NCBI RefSeq assembly: GCF_009914755.1
Contig: NC_060947.1
Reading direction: 5' to 3' (one strand)
Source: the human T2T-CHM13v2.0 reference genome, Homo sapiens
Length of the DNA stretch: 64,000 nt
The notes beneath the pieces were generated by a model. The model was not told the DNA's origin, did not search any database, and saw nothing but the letters and a program-made list of their open reading frames with translations. This document shows, piece by piece, positions 30,960-44,289 of the stretch. Both the position numbers and the translations under genes were made by a program. The stretch's first letter is position 1. Each line of letters opens with the position of its first letter.

Positions 30960-31063
30960 TAAACCCATGAGTTTGAGGCTGCTATGAGCCATGATTGCGC
31001 CACTGCACTCCAGCCTGAGCAATGGAGGGACCCTGTCTCTAATAACTAAATAAATAGAAAGAA
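30960..31063 (+). mobile_element. Alu/FLAM 3' fragment
   Basis: gagtttgaggctgctatgagccatgattgcgccactgcactccagcctg. Confidence 0.85.
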
Positions 31064-31316
31064 AGTGGTATAAAATAAAAAGGACCTCCCTGCCCCAATC
31101 TTTAGAGTTTGCTTCACAATCAGTATAGAAATATCTGATCACTAGATAGTGGCTGCTTGGAGTACCACATGAAACATGATCCAGAGGCCACATCCAGTGC
31201 AGCCTGAAAGAGTGACTTGATTAATAAGTACTGTCCATCACACCCACCAATTTCTCAAAAAGAGAAAGGGAGGGAATAAACACAAACATTGTGTGCTGGT
31301 TATTCAAAATGCACTT

Positions 31317-31322
31317 TTTATT
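31317..31322 (-). terminator. RAB9B: RAB9B distal poly(A) signal AATAAA
   Basis: Hexamer seen; lies near the boundary between unique UTR-like and repeat-rich sequence. Confidence 0.75.
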
Positions 31323-32914
31323 CACTTTAACACAGATGATTTTTTACAGTTGAAAGAAAATATTTGATACACAATTTTGAGTTTTTTTTAGCAGCACCTG
31401 CAACAAGAGGATTGTGGAATACCTCAGAATAAAGTAGAGATGGCTGGGGCAGGCACAAATTAACCTGATATTCATCAATCCACTGAAGACATATGGAATC
31501 TGAGGCCCCTGAAAGTTAGCCAATACATGACAATAAACTAAATAAATATTCTGTATGATGTTTTAACAGACCATTGAAAAACAGTATAGTCCTAATTAGA
31601 AATATATTATTCCAAAAATCTAGTGTTCTTTAAAAAAACACCTATTGAAAATATTACACTGCACATTCTAGGGTACACAGTCAATTTCTAAACCTATATG
31701 CACAGTTCTTGGTACTCACAGATTTCAGCCTTTGGTGTTTTTTAATCTTACCCAAACTGTATGTCAGCACCCCACTGAGTGTTGCTTACCCAAATGCCAC
31801 TGTTTATGTCACTTAATGTTGAGTGCTTTCATTAAGATATTGAGTGGTAATTTGGTAGAAAACAATGGTATGGCTAAGAGGAAAGGGGCTCCAGCTGATG
31901 GGCCAATAAAATTAACACTTGTCTTAGATGGACAGGATGCCTATGAATCCGATACCCATGTAATTTTTTTTTTTTTACTCAAATGACCACATGCCACTCT
32001 AATAGAGACAAATACTTTTGTGAGTTGATAGAGGTCTTTATGATGAAGGCCTGAGATCTACAAATAGAAACTAGTATAAGCAGAGTGCAAGTAGAAAGAG
32101 AAGGCCCCAGGTCTCATGCACTTAAAAATAATTAGCATTTAACAGTTCTGACGTACAGATTTTCACCCTAACATGATTGTAGCAAAATGATCACAGAACT
32201 TGGAAACCAGTGTGGCTGGCTATAGGCATAGGCAGGATAGGGACCAGTACTTAAGAGCTGTGGGGTCCCAGTTCTGGCTTTGACTTCTGGCGTCAAAGTT
32301 AATTGAACAATGGTGTCAGGATTATATCTTAATTGGAAATATTGAGTATGACTGAGTTGAAATACTGTCCTCTTCTTTTCTATTTGGCCAATATGTCCCA
32401 GAGCTCTTAAAGCACAAAGGTCCTACATGTAAGTAAGGCTGATTCCATACGTGGCTACAATGGAGAGTTCTAGGCTGTATTCCTATGAAAGCTCCCACCC
32501 CCTTCCTGGCCTAGGTCTCTTTTTGGGGTAATTTCTGTCTGTCACTATTTTTATCATAGATGTTTTAAAGTACAGATTAAAATCTATGCAGGGTAAACAG
32601 ATCAACCAACAAGAACCACACTGCATATTCATAATATAGTATATAACTGACAGTCATGGTAATCAAAAATTGTCAAACCATTTTTATATTTTAACATGGG
32701 AGCTTTAAGATGTTTTTTATCAGTCACATAAAGATTACTCAGAGCTCAAGAATTTTTCCTGCCACAGTGCAAAAGCAAAAGGAAGAGCTATGTAGTTGCT
32801 GTTAAAGATTGATCACAGAATGGTTTGAGAATTTTTAAAGTCCCTCTCCATAGTCTTAGCTGTTATCATCAGATAAATCTAACCACAGCATGGCACTGAT
32901 GTAGTTTATATATT

Positions 32915-33250
32915 CATAGAACTTAGAGCCAGAAAGGACTTTATATTGAACATGTAGCCAGCACAGAAAATCTTTTTATGGTATTCTAACAGATGGTCAT
33001 CCAGTGAATATTTTCAGAGGCAGGGAGCTCACTATTAAGGCAGTCCATTCCACTGTTGGACAACTCTGTTTATGGGAAATTCATTCTAACACTGGGTTAA
33101 GATCTGCTCTTCTGTCACTTTCAATGTCCTAATTAGGCTAGTTGAACATACAGTGCAACATATAAGAAACCAGTTCCTTCTTCTGCAATAAATATTTGAG
33201 TTAAGGAGCCTTGTGAGAAAAGTTCATTATCCCCCAATCTTTTATGAAGC
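32915..33250 (-). mobile_element. L3/CR1 fragment within the RAB9B 3' UTR
   Basis: gggagctcacta...aggcagtccattccactgttggacaactctg...aaattcattctaa resembles the L3 3' region. Confidence 0.6.
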
Positions 33251-34145
33251 CTTCTCCATGAGCCCAGCATGTTGGATCAAAGGACCATCTAAATGATGAG
33301 CAGAGAGCACTGCATCCAAATTCATATACTAAGCAGCATTGCTAAATTGGTAAGAGGTTGTCAGAGAAGCAACATCTCTATGCAGCAAAAGTAGACTTAG
33401 GAATTAAAAGCAGACCAACCATTTATTTGCAAAGGTGGTTGGCATATTTAAGCATAATCCATTCACTAGTATCCTATGACTTCAAACACAAGAAGTATAA
33501 TCAATTGCCAGTGTCATTAGAGTATCTCTTATTGAGATGGGATTTTTTGAAAAGCTCAGATGGGAGCGAACCATACATAAGGATTTAAACAAGTCAGTGT
33601 ATATCATTATACTTTTGCACTCCTAATCATTACAACTTCTTTAATTCAAGCCTAGGAATCCTTATTTGCATTATTATTTTTATTGTAATACAGCTCAAAG
33701 TCTGATTTTTTTCCCCTTTGGCAGAAATGTCAGAAACTGCTTGGCAAGAGTCTGATAGTGACATTTGTTAGTTGATTAATGGAACACTTTAAGAAATAGT
33801 TGTAGCTCTTTAACTCCTTCATGCAGCTGGGTTCTAGGTTTAAACTGTGATTTAAAAAATATTTAACTGTCTCAGGACTAAAATTTTCTGATATGTCCTG
33901 AGACACACAAGAAGGGGAAATAGCAGAAATCACGCAAAATACACTTGGCTTGATAGAGCTTCATTTTTTTTAATTTTTAATTTTTTTAAATCAATCTACA
34001 CTTCAATTTGAAAGGCTCTGTTTCACAATCAGAACCTTGTCTCTTACCCTCTTGTGTGCGTGTGTGTGCACTCTTAGAGGGGCACAGTTATTCTTACACT
34101 ACTGACTGATCAATTTGGGGCACATTTTTAAAAGGCTCCCTATCT

Positions 34146-34751
34146 TTAACAGCACGAAGACCCTGCTTTGGAGCCACTGTTCAAGTCAATGGTGTGACCC
34201 AACATGCAATGCTCCAGCTGTTCCTCTACAGCCAGCACCTGCCTGACAGCTTCTTCAAAGGCCACTGTCACATTAGTATCATCTTTGGCACTAGTTTCTA
34301 AATAAGGGTAATCCCCATTCTCCATGCACCAGGTTTGTGCCTCCTCAGTAGTCACTTGCCTATCCTCTTTGTCTACCTTGTTACCCAGAACTACAAAGGG
34401 GAAATGCTCAGGGTCCTTCACATCCGCATAGTAAATAAATTCTTTCTGCCAGTTACCAAGATTCTCGAAGCTCTGCCGATCATCCACGCTGAAGGTCAAG
34501 AGGCAGCAGTCTGCTCCCCTGTAGAAGGGTGTCCTAAGGCTCTTGAAACGTTCCTGCCCTGCAGTGTCCCAGATCTGGAGGGTTACAAAGCGTCCATCTA
34601 CCTCCAGATCTCGATTTAAGAACTCTACCCCTATGGTGTGAAAAGCCTGGGAGTCAAATTTGTTGGTTACGTAACGGTTCATAAGCGAACTTTTCCCAAC
34701 TCCACCATCACCCAAGAGAATGACCTTTAAGAGCAGGGATTTCCCACTCAT
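34146..34751 (-). CDS. RAB9B: Ras-related GTPase Rab-9B, 201 aa, single coding exon
   Basis: MSGKSLLLKVILLGDGGVGKS... with G1 GDGGVGKS, TIGVEF, G3 WDTAGQE, G4 NKVD, G5 ETSAK and C-terminal CC prenylation motif. ATG at 34751 (aaaaATGa); splice acceptor ttttcAG| 42 nt upstream, so the exon starts at 34793. Confidence 0.98.
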   Translation of the reverse strand: MSGKSLLLKVILLGDGGVGKSSLMNRYVTNKFDSQAFHTIGVEFLNRDLEVDGRFVTLQIWDTAGQERFKSLRTPFYRGADCCLLTFSVDDRQSFENLGNWQKEFIYYADVKDPEHFPFVVLGNKVDKEDRQVTTEEAQTWCMENGDYPYLETSAKDDTNVTVAFEEAVRQVLAVEEQLEHCMLGHTIDLNSGSKAGSSCC

Positions 34752-35971
34752 TTTTGCAGCACCAGAAGGGAAGGAGTTTGTAACCAAGAGAACCTGAAAA
34801 TAAAAGGAAAAGTAGGAGGGAAAACAGTTAAACCTGAAACTGAAATCAACTTCATAGCAAATTTCTCTGAATTATAAGGCCTTCTCATTCAACTTCTCTG
34901 ATTTATGCTCATTAATTGATGTAGTACAGCAGAAGAAATAACACTAATTTTGCATAAGGGGAAAAATAGGTCTTGTTTTTCTGAGGTCTTTTGTTGTGCC
35001 AGGAAAATGGCTGAGTGCCATGGGTAAATGGACTAGCAGATGGTCCTGTAATTTGGTTCAGTTCTGACCCAATTCTAGGAGAGGAAGCCTAGAACAGGAA
35101 TGCCACTCAAATGTGTGACAACTTTAGCTTCCGGTTTGGACAGTTCCAAACAATAGACAAATAGTATGAAATTGACTTGGGGTTTGAAGTCTGCTCCTGA
35201 TGGATACAAAAATTACTGAGAAGAGAAAGCTACATAAACTGGATTCTTGATTCTGTCGGTAGAGGTCTGGGCCAGAATTAGACTGCACCCCAGAATTTGA
35301 AAGAGAGAACAAGGTTACGTTTCTTCAGGCATTTACCCCATTATACTTGCATTGATAGGAACACCCTCTCAAGTAAGGATCTTCTATATTTTTTTCTTCA
35401 TGGAACAATGGCATTTAAGTTGATGACAATTGACTGATATCAATATAACAGCTGTCATGAAGGAAGGAAATCTTGAATAGCTTATTAGTTTTTGGATTCA
35501 GGTTTTAATTCCATAATAGCAACATTTGAAAACATACTGCAAAATTTAAAGTGCTAATATTTATACAGTACCCTACTTGTTACCTCCACAACATGTCTAC
35601 ACATGGAACACCTAGAATGTGTCTTAAAATAAAAAGATCAAATGCTTACTGAACAAATACTACCTTTTCCTATATTCTGTTAGGTACTTTCCCACTAGGT
35701 CTATTGTGGGAACTCAACGGTGATGAGGTTAATTGGATGATATTTATACAATAGACCCAAAGGGATGAAAACGAATCACTAATCGAAGGAGTGCATGCAA
35801 AACAGTTTCTGGAAGCACACACATTTGAATATAATTTTACAAAATTTAGTAGCCCTTAAAATGATTTTGGAATGCCTATGTACTAGCTATATATTTTTCT
35901 AAATATTCATTTTTAAGAGATCAAATATTAAAATATCCCAAATCCACAGTGTGCCCCCTTGAAATACCTAC

Positions 35972-36045
35972 CCAGTGGGTTTTTGTCACAATTTAAATAT
36001 TTTCCTTTTTTTCCTGTTGTTGTTTTATTCTTTCTTTTTAGGGTG
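35972..36045 (-). other. RAB9B: RAB9B non-coding exon 2 (74 nt, predicted)
   Basis: Acceptor ttttctattctgttttatAG| before 36045; donor CTGG|GTAGGT after 35972; no ATG inside. Confidence 0.7.
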
Positions 36046-36620
36046 CTATAAAACAGAATAGAAAACATTATTTTAAAAAAATCTATAATAAAATAACGTT
36101 AAGGCTCTATATAAAAATATATTCAAGTCAGAAAAAAAAAAAGAACCCACAGCAACCTCAAGTAACCTACAGAGGGTGCTTTTCAAAAATAAAAGTTCAA
36201 AATGCTACCTATGCTTAACATAAGCAAAATAATTTTATTCCAAGAACTTTAACTTATCCTAATTTGTAATTTATATAATTTTTTACATTTTATATTGTCT
36301 CTCAATTGAATTCTCCATTCAAAGTAAAAGCAAATTAAAGAAAGATGATATTCACAATAGATGACATTCAGGAAAAGGAAAGTACAGAGCAATCTAAGAT
36401 ATGCTGAAATCCTAAGTCGGAGATGAAACTTCTTCCTTTTATACCTACCAACGTTCCCATCTCCAAGAAAGTTGTTAGTGCACTCACCAGTCTGTCTCAA
36501 GGTTGTCTCTGCAATTGATTCCACATAATTAGAGAGCAGAAAAAAATTGTGTTTGTGGGCTTCCTGTTTACAATAAAGTATATTATCTTGGCTAATTATT
36601 TTATTAATTAGTTTAGGTCA

Positions 36621-36932
36621 TTTTTCTTTTCTTTATTTATTTTTTAAATTTGAGACAAGGTCTCATTCTGTCACCCAGGCTGGAGTGCAGTGGTGCAGTC
36701 ATGGCTCACTGCAGCCTCGACCTCCTGGGCTCAAGTAATCTTCCCACCTCAGCCTTCTGAGTAGCTGGGACTACGGGCATGCACCACCATGCCCGGCTAA
36801 GTTTTGTAGTTTTTGTAGAGATGGGGTTTCACCATGTTGCCCAGGTTGGTTTCAAACTCCTGGGTTCAAACGATCTGCCCACCTCATGTTCCCAAAGTGC
36901 TGGGTTCACAGGCGTGAGCCGCTGTACCTGGC
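36621..36932 (-). mobile_element. AluJ element in a RAB9B intron
   Basis: gagacaaggtctcattctgtcacccaggctgg...gtgagccgctgtacctggc. Confidence 0.95.
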
Positions 36933-37799
36933 AGTTCATCTGTCTTAAACACCAGTTTTAATATTTAGCTGGTGTTATTAAATTTAAATATACATTCATC
37001 TAATATTATAATTAATTATGGCAAGAATCTTATTTAAGCAGCATCAAGAGTACTGGTTTAAGAAGAAAAACAGTGCCTAGATCTGTGTAGTGTTATTTCT
37101 TACTGAGGAAGAACGAAGCTTTAAAAAAAAATCTGCTGCTTAATAATCACATGTTATTTTCTAAATATAGATAAAACTTATAATAAGGATTCATTAGATA
37201 TCTAAATCAGTAATTATGAATTTAAATAATATCTCCTAAATGGATAGGCTTTATCCTCCTTCTTGGTTTATATACACTCTACAGAATTCTCAAGTTTCCT
37301 ACAATTCCTAATTTTTGTCCTCTTTTTCCTGCTCCCAAATTGCTGTCTTTGGAATTAGCTCAAGTAACAAACATTTCTTTAAATGGAGATGAAACAAGTG
37401 TTAGCACACTTTTTTATTTTTTTATACTGGTCTGTAGGATAATTTTACAGAGCAAAACTCTTGAACTCTCATTTTGAAAAGCAACAGAAGTACAAACTTG
37501 GGCATGATTCTGATGGCTAGTATTAAGCGTCCAGGCCACACAAGCTTCCTTGAGTTCCTAGCAAACAGGCGTTCACATCATTAAAAGACTCACTGACCCT
37601 ATTCTCCCAGTTGCAGATAAACTCAATAGACAGGTCAAGGACTGAGTGAATATGGAAACCAAATGCTCAGCTCCAGGAATAATGATGATGTATTAATAAC
37701 TGTCTGAGATAATGCTGCAGTTGCTTGTGCATTCCCTATTTGGTTATGTGCACACATAACTTCTGGGCCTATAGGCTCTATGCCAAGGGAAAAAGAGGA

Positions 37800-38030
37800 A
37801 AAGCAATGTGGTTCAGTGTCAAGAGCACTGAGCTAGCTGGCAGTAATCAGGACACCAGGGTCTTCATCACTGTTACACCATTCATTTATTTTATGAACTT
37901 GGGCAGGTCATTTAATCTTTCTGTTTCAGTATCTTCTTACATAAAAATAGAGCAGATAATACCTGCCCTACTTAACAGGATTTTGGGGGAGAATGAAAAG
38001 CTTATGAAGTTTGCAAAGATTTGTAAGCAT
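37800..38030 (+). mobile_element. MIR
   Basis: tgaacttgggcaggtcatttaatctttctgtttcagtatcttcttacataaaaatagag. Confidence 0.75.
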
Positions 38031-40734
38031 TTTTTGAAAAATTTGGTTTGAGATTTTTATTCCTCTGGCTCCTCCACCTCCTTTCATGCACTGGTGGGGG
38101 CCTTGTGGCTCAGTATTAACCCTTCTCAGAAAGGGCCTGCTAGTGAAAGTATAAGAATTCTTCCTTTTCTCTTTCTTCCATATTTGAGAATGCCTTGTTC
38201 CTCAACAAGCTTGAACATCTGCATATGGCACAGAATCTCAGCATTGAAGGGACCTTCAGGGTCTTCTGGTCCAATCTTGCTACTGATATTTGAGAAAACA
38301 CTACAGTGCCTATTGTGTGTTGTGTCCTTACTAAGGAAACCCTCCACTCTCCTCTGCTGTCTCCAACTCCCATTTATTTTCTAGAAGTAAAAATGAATAC
38401 AGTTTAGATTTGTCTCCTTGCCTTCATTCAATCCTGCTGATTTTCCCTTGAAGTATCATTTTCTAGTCCTGTGCTACCATCCTCATTTTGGCCCACAATT
38501 TCTCACATCTAATCTATTGTGAAAGTTCTTCTCTCCCTGCTTCTGGTGTCTCCCCACTCAATCTACTTTGCAAAGCTTCATCACTCAAACATCCATTGGA
38601 TGTAGATACTGTTGGGAATTAATAAATGTTTAAGGCAAGGTCTTGCCCTCAGGGAGTTTACAAATTAACATGCAAGCTCAGGATCTCATTGTTTACAGTT
38701 GAAATAATGTCATTATACTGACTTATTTTGTTAACAAACTTTTCCTGTCTTTCTTACATGATCAATTTTAAATTCCTAGATAGTAAGCTCACTGTATACA
38801 TCTTTGAAGCCCCTTCAGTGTGCAGCACCAGGATCCTCCATGGAGATAATAAATATTTGTTTACCAATTAAATGATTAGGTAGGTGCCCAGAATTAATGC
38901 CTCTGAATTGATGCCAAGGTACAATAGATCCATAGTTCTGTAAGATGCCAAAATACTATTATTTATAAGGTAACTAAAGAGCAGAAGTTATGAACTTGAC
39001 TCGATCATTTTCTGGATGGGGAGTAATGGGAATTCCACCTGTTGAAAGTCAAGGGAAATGCTCCAGTTTTCCTCCCCCTACTCTCACATTTTAAAAATAA
39101 GTATATACATTTCCCCATTCCTACCCAAAACAAGAGCAGAATAATGATATCCAGTTGATGTTGTCGGTGGGTGCTGGCCTCTCCACAATCATTTATCATT
39201 GTTTGAAAATGAATGTCATGTCCTTTAGTACATACTTAAATTAAAAAGAACTAGCACAGTGTAAAAGCAAATGAAATCATTTTTTCCTCCCCCAGAATAT
39301 GCCGGATTTAATCCAAACCTTTAAACAAGGTAACATTAAGCAGGCAAATGAATTCTTTGATAACACTAAATACGTAAATAGGAAAGTCAAATGACGTATG
39401 CATCCCTTATGGGTCCTCTGTCGGGCAAGCATTTGGACCAAAACGCTTATTCTGATTTTGATCCCATTCAGAGAAAGATCTGACTCTAACTGAGTAAAAT
39501 ATTCGAGAGACGCAATTCCCCTTTCCTACCCCCACAAACTCATTAATGAGCATGCTCTAAGGATAGTTTACTAACTTTTTTTTTTCCCATCAGGGTCTCA
39601 GTCTTGGAGAGTAAGGTGAATTAGGAATTTCCATAACCAATACTCCCCAGCTCTTTGTTCTTTAACACACTTGAAACCTTCTGAATCTGCAGTACCCACA
39701 AAGCCTTATTCAAATTATTGTATTTAGTTGGGAATGCTTAGAGGTGGGAGTGGAGGTGGGGGAGGAGGCAGTACAATGAAGAAAAAGAAGTTGAACCTTT
39801 GAAAATAGTACATTTTAGTATGATGATGGAGAGAAGAGAGGCAGAAAAGCAAATTCGCATCAGTTCAGTTGCCATGGAGTGGAATGATGCTCAAAATCAG
39901 TAGTGCAGATTGCTCGGAGGCAAGTCTTGAAAGGGATGTGTACTGCAGGGATCGATAGGGGAAGAGCAACTGGGGAGGGCTAGGCACTGGATGAGAGTGG
40001 CACTGTTGGAAGTCTGTACAGGGGAGGAGCCATGGTTGGACCTGTGGGGAAAGCCCATCTTGTGGCGACACACTGGTAAGGGCTACTCAACTCACTGTTG
40101 AATGCTGGCACAATAATTGGAAATATTGCACTGAAGAATTGGGCGCGGCTATATTTATGTAAAATTCAACACGGATGAGAAATGATTGAATGTTTGAGTG
40201 TGTTTCCAATACAACCCAATACTTGGCGTTGGTGCTGGTGGTGGGTGCTTCGTAGCGCGGAAACCCTCTGACGCACTGGATTCATTTTGCAGAGCTAACA
40301 AGTTATCAGCTACATCCATGCCGACTCCAAATGCCACAGCTGTCATGCCACTGAAACGCTATTCCTACATTCATGCCCACATTTATATCCTATATGCAAC
40401 TCAAAGGGTCCAATGTGGAGTCCCACATCTAACCTTTCACTGCTCACAACGACAGCTCTAGGGCTATAAGCCCAAAGGCACACTAGATAGCAATTTGGCA
40501 TCGTCCCCAGGACACTTCTTCCTCAGTAGACTGCCCAGGGACAGATAGGTAGATAAGGTTTGGATGACATCAAGCGAGCTGAACACAAGGAAAAAAAGCT
40601 TCCTTGGGAGACAAGAATGCTGGCATCTCTACGACAGGGGCACTGTTAGCATTACGGACCTAGAAAGTGAGATGTCACACATAGTCCCAACTACCTCCGA
40701 CCCAGGTCCTCTCACCTCACCCCCAGCTCTTAGA

Positions 40735-41360
40735 GCTAGTCGGCTGTGGCGCATGCGCACTGAGCCACACCCGCTCCCCACGGAGCCCTGCGCCTCTCTG
40801 CTCGGCTCTGGCAGCAGCTCGGGATTACTCAGCAACGCCCCCCTGCACTGTCACCTGCCCCCAACTCCGACCTCGGGAGCGGCTCAGTCCCTTTTCTCAA
40901 GCTACGAGTGGTCCTGGGGATCAACTAGACTTTCCTTTCTCCCTCTTCTCACAGGCCCCCCACCTCCCGGCCTTCCGGGTCCTCCAGCCCCTAGCCCCTG
41001 TTCCTGCCCACGCACAGGCACCTTACCCAACACAATGGGAAGGAAACAGGAGAGGGCCGCGGGTGCCAGGCAGGTCAGCTCTGCGTGCCGGGAATCCGGC
41101 TCCTTAGAGTCACCGTCACTGCTCCTGCTGCCTCCTCGTCCTCAATGGGGCAGCAAGTGCGGCTTGGACCTCGGTGGCCTGACAGCTGCCGCTCGCGCCC
41201 GCCGCTGCCGCCGCGCAGCGTCTCGAGCCCGCGCCCGCGCCCGCCAGGGGAGGGGGCGGGGCCCGCGCCGCCTCCTCGTGCCCCTTTCTCGGCGGTGGGG
41301 ACCCGGTGTAGCCGCCTCCCGCCCTCCATGTGGCAAGCGCTCCCTGGCTCGCCCACTCTT
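40735..41360 (-). promoter_or_regulatory. RAB9B: CpG island / RAB9B promoter with GC box (41253-41261) and NRF1-type palindrome GCGCATGCGC (40749-40758)
   Basis: The only CpG-dense segment in the window; motifs seen directly. Confidence 0.85.
41027..41230 (-). other. RAB9B: RAB9B non-coding exon 1 (TSS approximate)
   Basis: Donor TTGG|GTAAGG after 41027; lies in the CpG island just downstream of the GC box; no upstream ATG on the minus strand. Confidence 0.75.
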
Positions 41361-42129
41361 CTTTCATGCTCATCGTCCAACCCTGGTCTCCCTTGTCCTC
41401 CTTCTCCTCCCCTAGCCGATTAGTAGGCACAGCGGCAATAGACCGTCAAATATTGCTCTTCCACTTAGCTCCTCTGCAGCCTGGGCCTAAGCCCTCAAGC
41501 AGGGCTAGCCACTGCCCCACTTCCTGCAATTATCCTCTGATCTACCTCATTTATCCTAGCTCAAAATCCTTTAATTTTGCCAAGAGGGTAGTACATACAC
41601 CCTCTTGTTTCAAATAACTCAGGAAAACACATGATCACAACACATTGCTAGGCCCTCTAACTGGCTACAGCTTATGAAATTTTCAGGCAATTAAAAAAAA
41701 TGTCCACATCTGTAGCGCAGGCATAGAGGACACACTGCCCTTTACTCTTACCAGATACAGTTCTAGAGGGCCACACAGGGGGCATTACTTGAATTTCCCG
41801 GAATTGCTGCTGGGGCAGAATTTGATGTTTTAATTGTGCCTAGCCGACCAGCTAGTCTCTTTTTGTTGTTTTCTGTAGCCCTCTGGTACTTCCAACTAGT
41901 TTGTGATTTTCCCCCTGGAATTGAAGAAGGACAAAGCTCCTGAGGTCATTTAGCCTGCACTCCACCTCTCTGTCAGGCAGCTCCATCTCTGAAGCTTCCC
42001 CATTGCCCGAAACCCTGTGACCTTGTGGCACAGGCCCTCACTCATCTCATGACCCCGTCCAGGCCCTCACACATACCCGCTACTTCCATCTAGGCCACTC
42101 TTCCTCTGTCTCTTGACAAGGCAATCGTG

Positions 42130-42460
42130 CAATCAATCTCCGCAGGCCCCAGCTTAAATGTCACTTCTCAGGATAACCTTTCTCGATAATCTCAGAATAG
42201 AGATGGTGCCCCAGTTTATACTCTTGTAGCCTCCTGTAACTTGCTGTATTTTTCCTTCATAACACTTACCCATTTTTGGTGGTACATTTAAGTGTATGAT
42301 TATTTGGTTGACAGCTGTCTTCCCTACTAAACTATAGTGGGGAAGGACTATGAGGTCAAGGACAACGTTTGTGTTCACCACCGTATGCACAGAGCCTAGG
42401 GCAATGCTTGCTGCATAGGACATGCTCAGAAAATATTTGCTGAATATGAATGAATGCTGT
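42130..42460 (+). mobile_element. L2 3' fragment
   Basis: cagcttaaatgtcacttctcagg...gagcctagggcaatgcttg...catgctcagaaaatatttgctgaatatgaatgaatg. Confidence 0.75.
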
Positions 42461-43369
42461 ATCACTAATAATTGTTATATTTAAATAAAATAAATTGATG
42501 TAACTGAATCTCATGTGCTCCTATTTAAACCAACCCCGTTCCCCACACATACACTCTAAAACACTCTTCTGATGAAGACGAGATTCACACAATCCTCTAA
42601 ATCAAATTTTCCGCATACATTTTAGTCTATTAAAAAACTATTGAGCATGGGCCCCAACATATGTATAAGGATTTATAGATTATATACATGTACTACTGTA
42701 CATGTATACATTACACATTACTTTAAACATACATTTTAATGAGTAAACATTAAAATACTCCACAGAAATTTTAAAAGAATGAGAAAAATAAATATATTGA
42801 TGTTCCAATGTTTTCTTTTTGCACCTCAATAAATAGTTTTGTGAAATGCTTTAAATAACAGTCCTTCATATTAGAGTAACTCGTCTTTAGGTGTAACAAT
42901 CTAGACTACTTTTTCATTTTCTCATAGATGCCATTTTCCAACAGTTTAAAAATCTCTGAGAAACCCCCAAACCAACTGGCAAGTTTTAAGGATCTTTTAG
43001 TTTCTAAGCTACCTCGTTCTGTAGTCAGGATCTCACAACTGCTGAAAGCACCACACGTTTAGTGAATGTTGGAACACCTAAGGGTAAGAAAAATCCTTTG
43101 TTAGACCAAAGATTCCTACATGTAAATCCTATATTAAAAGAGTCTCTAGAGGCCACTTAAAAAGCAGCTACTATTATCTTTCTAGAATGGAAGCAACATG
43201 ACTAACACTAGTTGTGAGGGATCAGCAAAAATGGACAGCACGAAGATTCAAAGTAACAGCTGTGGATGGTTTTGTGGCTCTCAGATGGGACTATTCCCAA
43301 TGGTCAATCATTGAGATCTGTCAAATAGTGTCCTTCACACACAATAAAAATTCTATTTTTATAACACAG

Positions 43370-43371
<2 letters not shown>

Positions 43372-43404
<33 letters not shown>

Positions 43405-43483
43405 AGAATCATAGTGTAGTCGGTAGATAGAAGGCCAAACCAAGATTGCGTTCGGATACCAGAGATAGGGTTACCTTCAGAGT

Positions 43484-43511
<28 letters not shown>
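43372..43511 (+). repeat. Two (CA)n microsatellites (~43372-43402 and ~43484-43511)
   Basis: Seen directly. Confidence 0.95.
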
Positions 43512-43514
<3 letters not shown>

Positions 43515-44289
43515 GCTCTTCAACATTCAATGAACAAGATCTCCCAAAGTCTCATCCTGATCAGTTTGAAATACATTGACCTGAGCTTCAGGAAGACATA
43601 ATTGTAATGTGATTAATTTAAAAGAACAGCCTGGTCCAGCAGTCACAAGTTGTTATGTACAAGAGGGTTCCGTGAAGCATTCAAATAAGTGTATAAACAC
43701 TGCATACTATTTCCCTTCCAGAAGAGTCACGTTGCATATTAAAACATTAACGTCTCTTGGAGTCCTGAAGTAAAGAAATCTGTTGTGTTGTTTTTCAATC
43801 TTACATTTCCAAAACTTTTGTGAACATGAATTTCTTTTGTTTATGGAACATCTATTAGCAGGACTAGAACAGCTCAGGACCCAATTTAGCAACTACTGTC
43901 CTAATCATTAATATTGAACATATTCATAGGCCAACGTATTTGTCATCTTTGTCCTAGAATATTTATGTGGCAACTATACACGTTATATTTTCCAGATAGT
44001 CCTGATTTCAAATACTTTGTCCTATTGTCCTAATTTTTACAACAATACTCATGAGATCATCTAATGTTTTATTCAGAAATTATGGCAGCCATAGATATGT
44101 AAATAGGAAATTAGTAAGAATTTGTGAACTATTTACCTATCATTGTCCAAGAGCAAGTCACAGTTTCTGGTGATACAATATTTTTTTAAAAAATCATTTG
44201 ACACAGGGATAATATTATGGAATAGGAATACTTTGCCAGATTTTTCATAGCCTGAAGGAAAGATCTCTTAAGATTATCCAATTATGGAA

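Larger units (their letters stand above)
31295..34145 (-). other. RAB9B: RAB9B 3' UTR (~2.85 kb)
   Basis: Alu-free unique sequence from the stop codon to a minus-strand AATAAA (plus tttatt, 31317-31322) with GT/T-rich downstream sequence on the minus strand. Proximal AATAAA also at 33679-33684 and 33422-33427. Confidence 0.8.

Noticed and set aside
34335-34619. 94-aa ORF antisense to the RAB9B CDS
   Set aside because: Shadow ORF with no promoter or splice context and no homology I recognise.
34752-34787. 12-aa N-terminal extension of RAB9B in the ORF track (213 aa)
   Set aside because: It starts at TTG in the 5' UTR; the first ATG at 34751 gives the expected 201-aa protein.
39158-39180. Possible REST/RE1 site in RAB9B intron 1
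   Set aside because: Only the CAGCACC half matches; spacing and right half deviate from consensus.
40564-41430. 283-aa and overlapping ORFs on both strands at the RAB9B promoter
   Set aside because: Low-complexity P/R/A/G-rich frames typical of stop-poor CpG islands; no recognisable domain.
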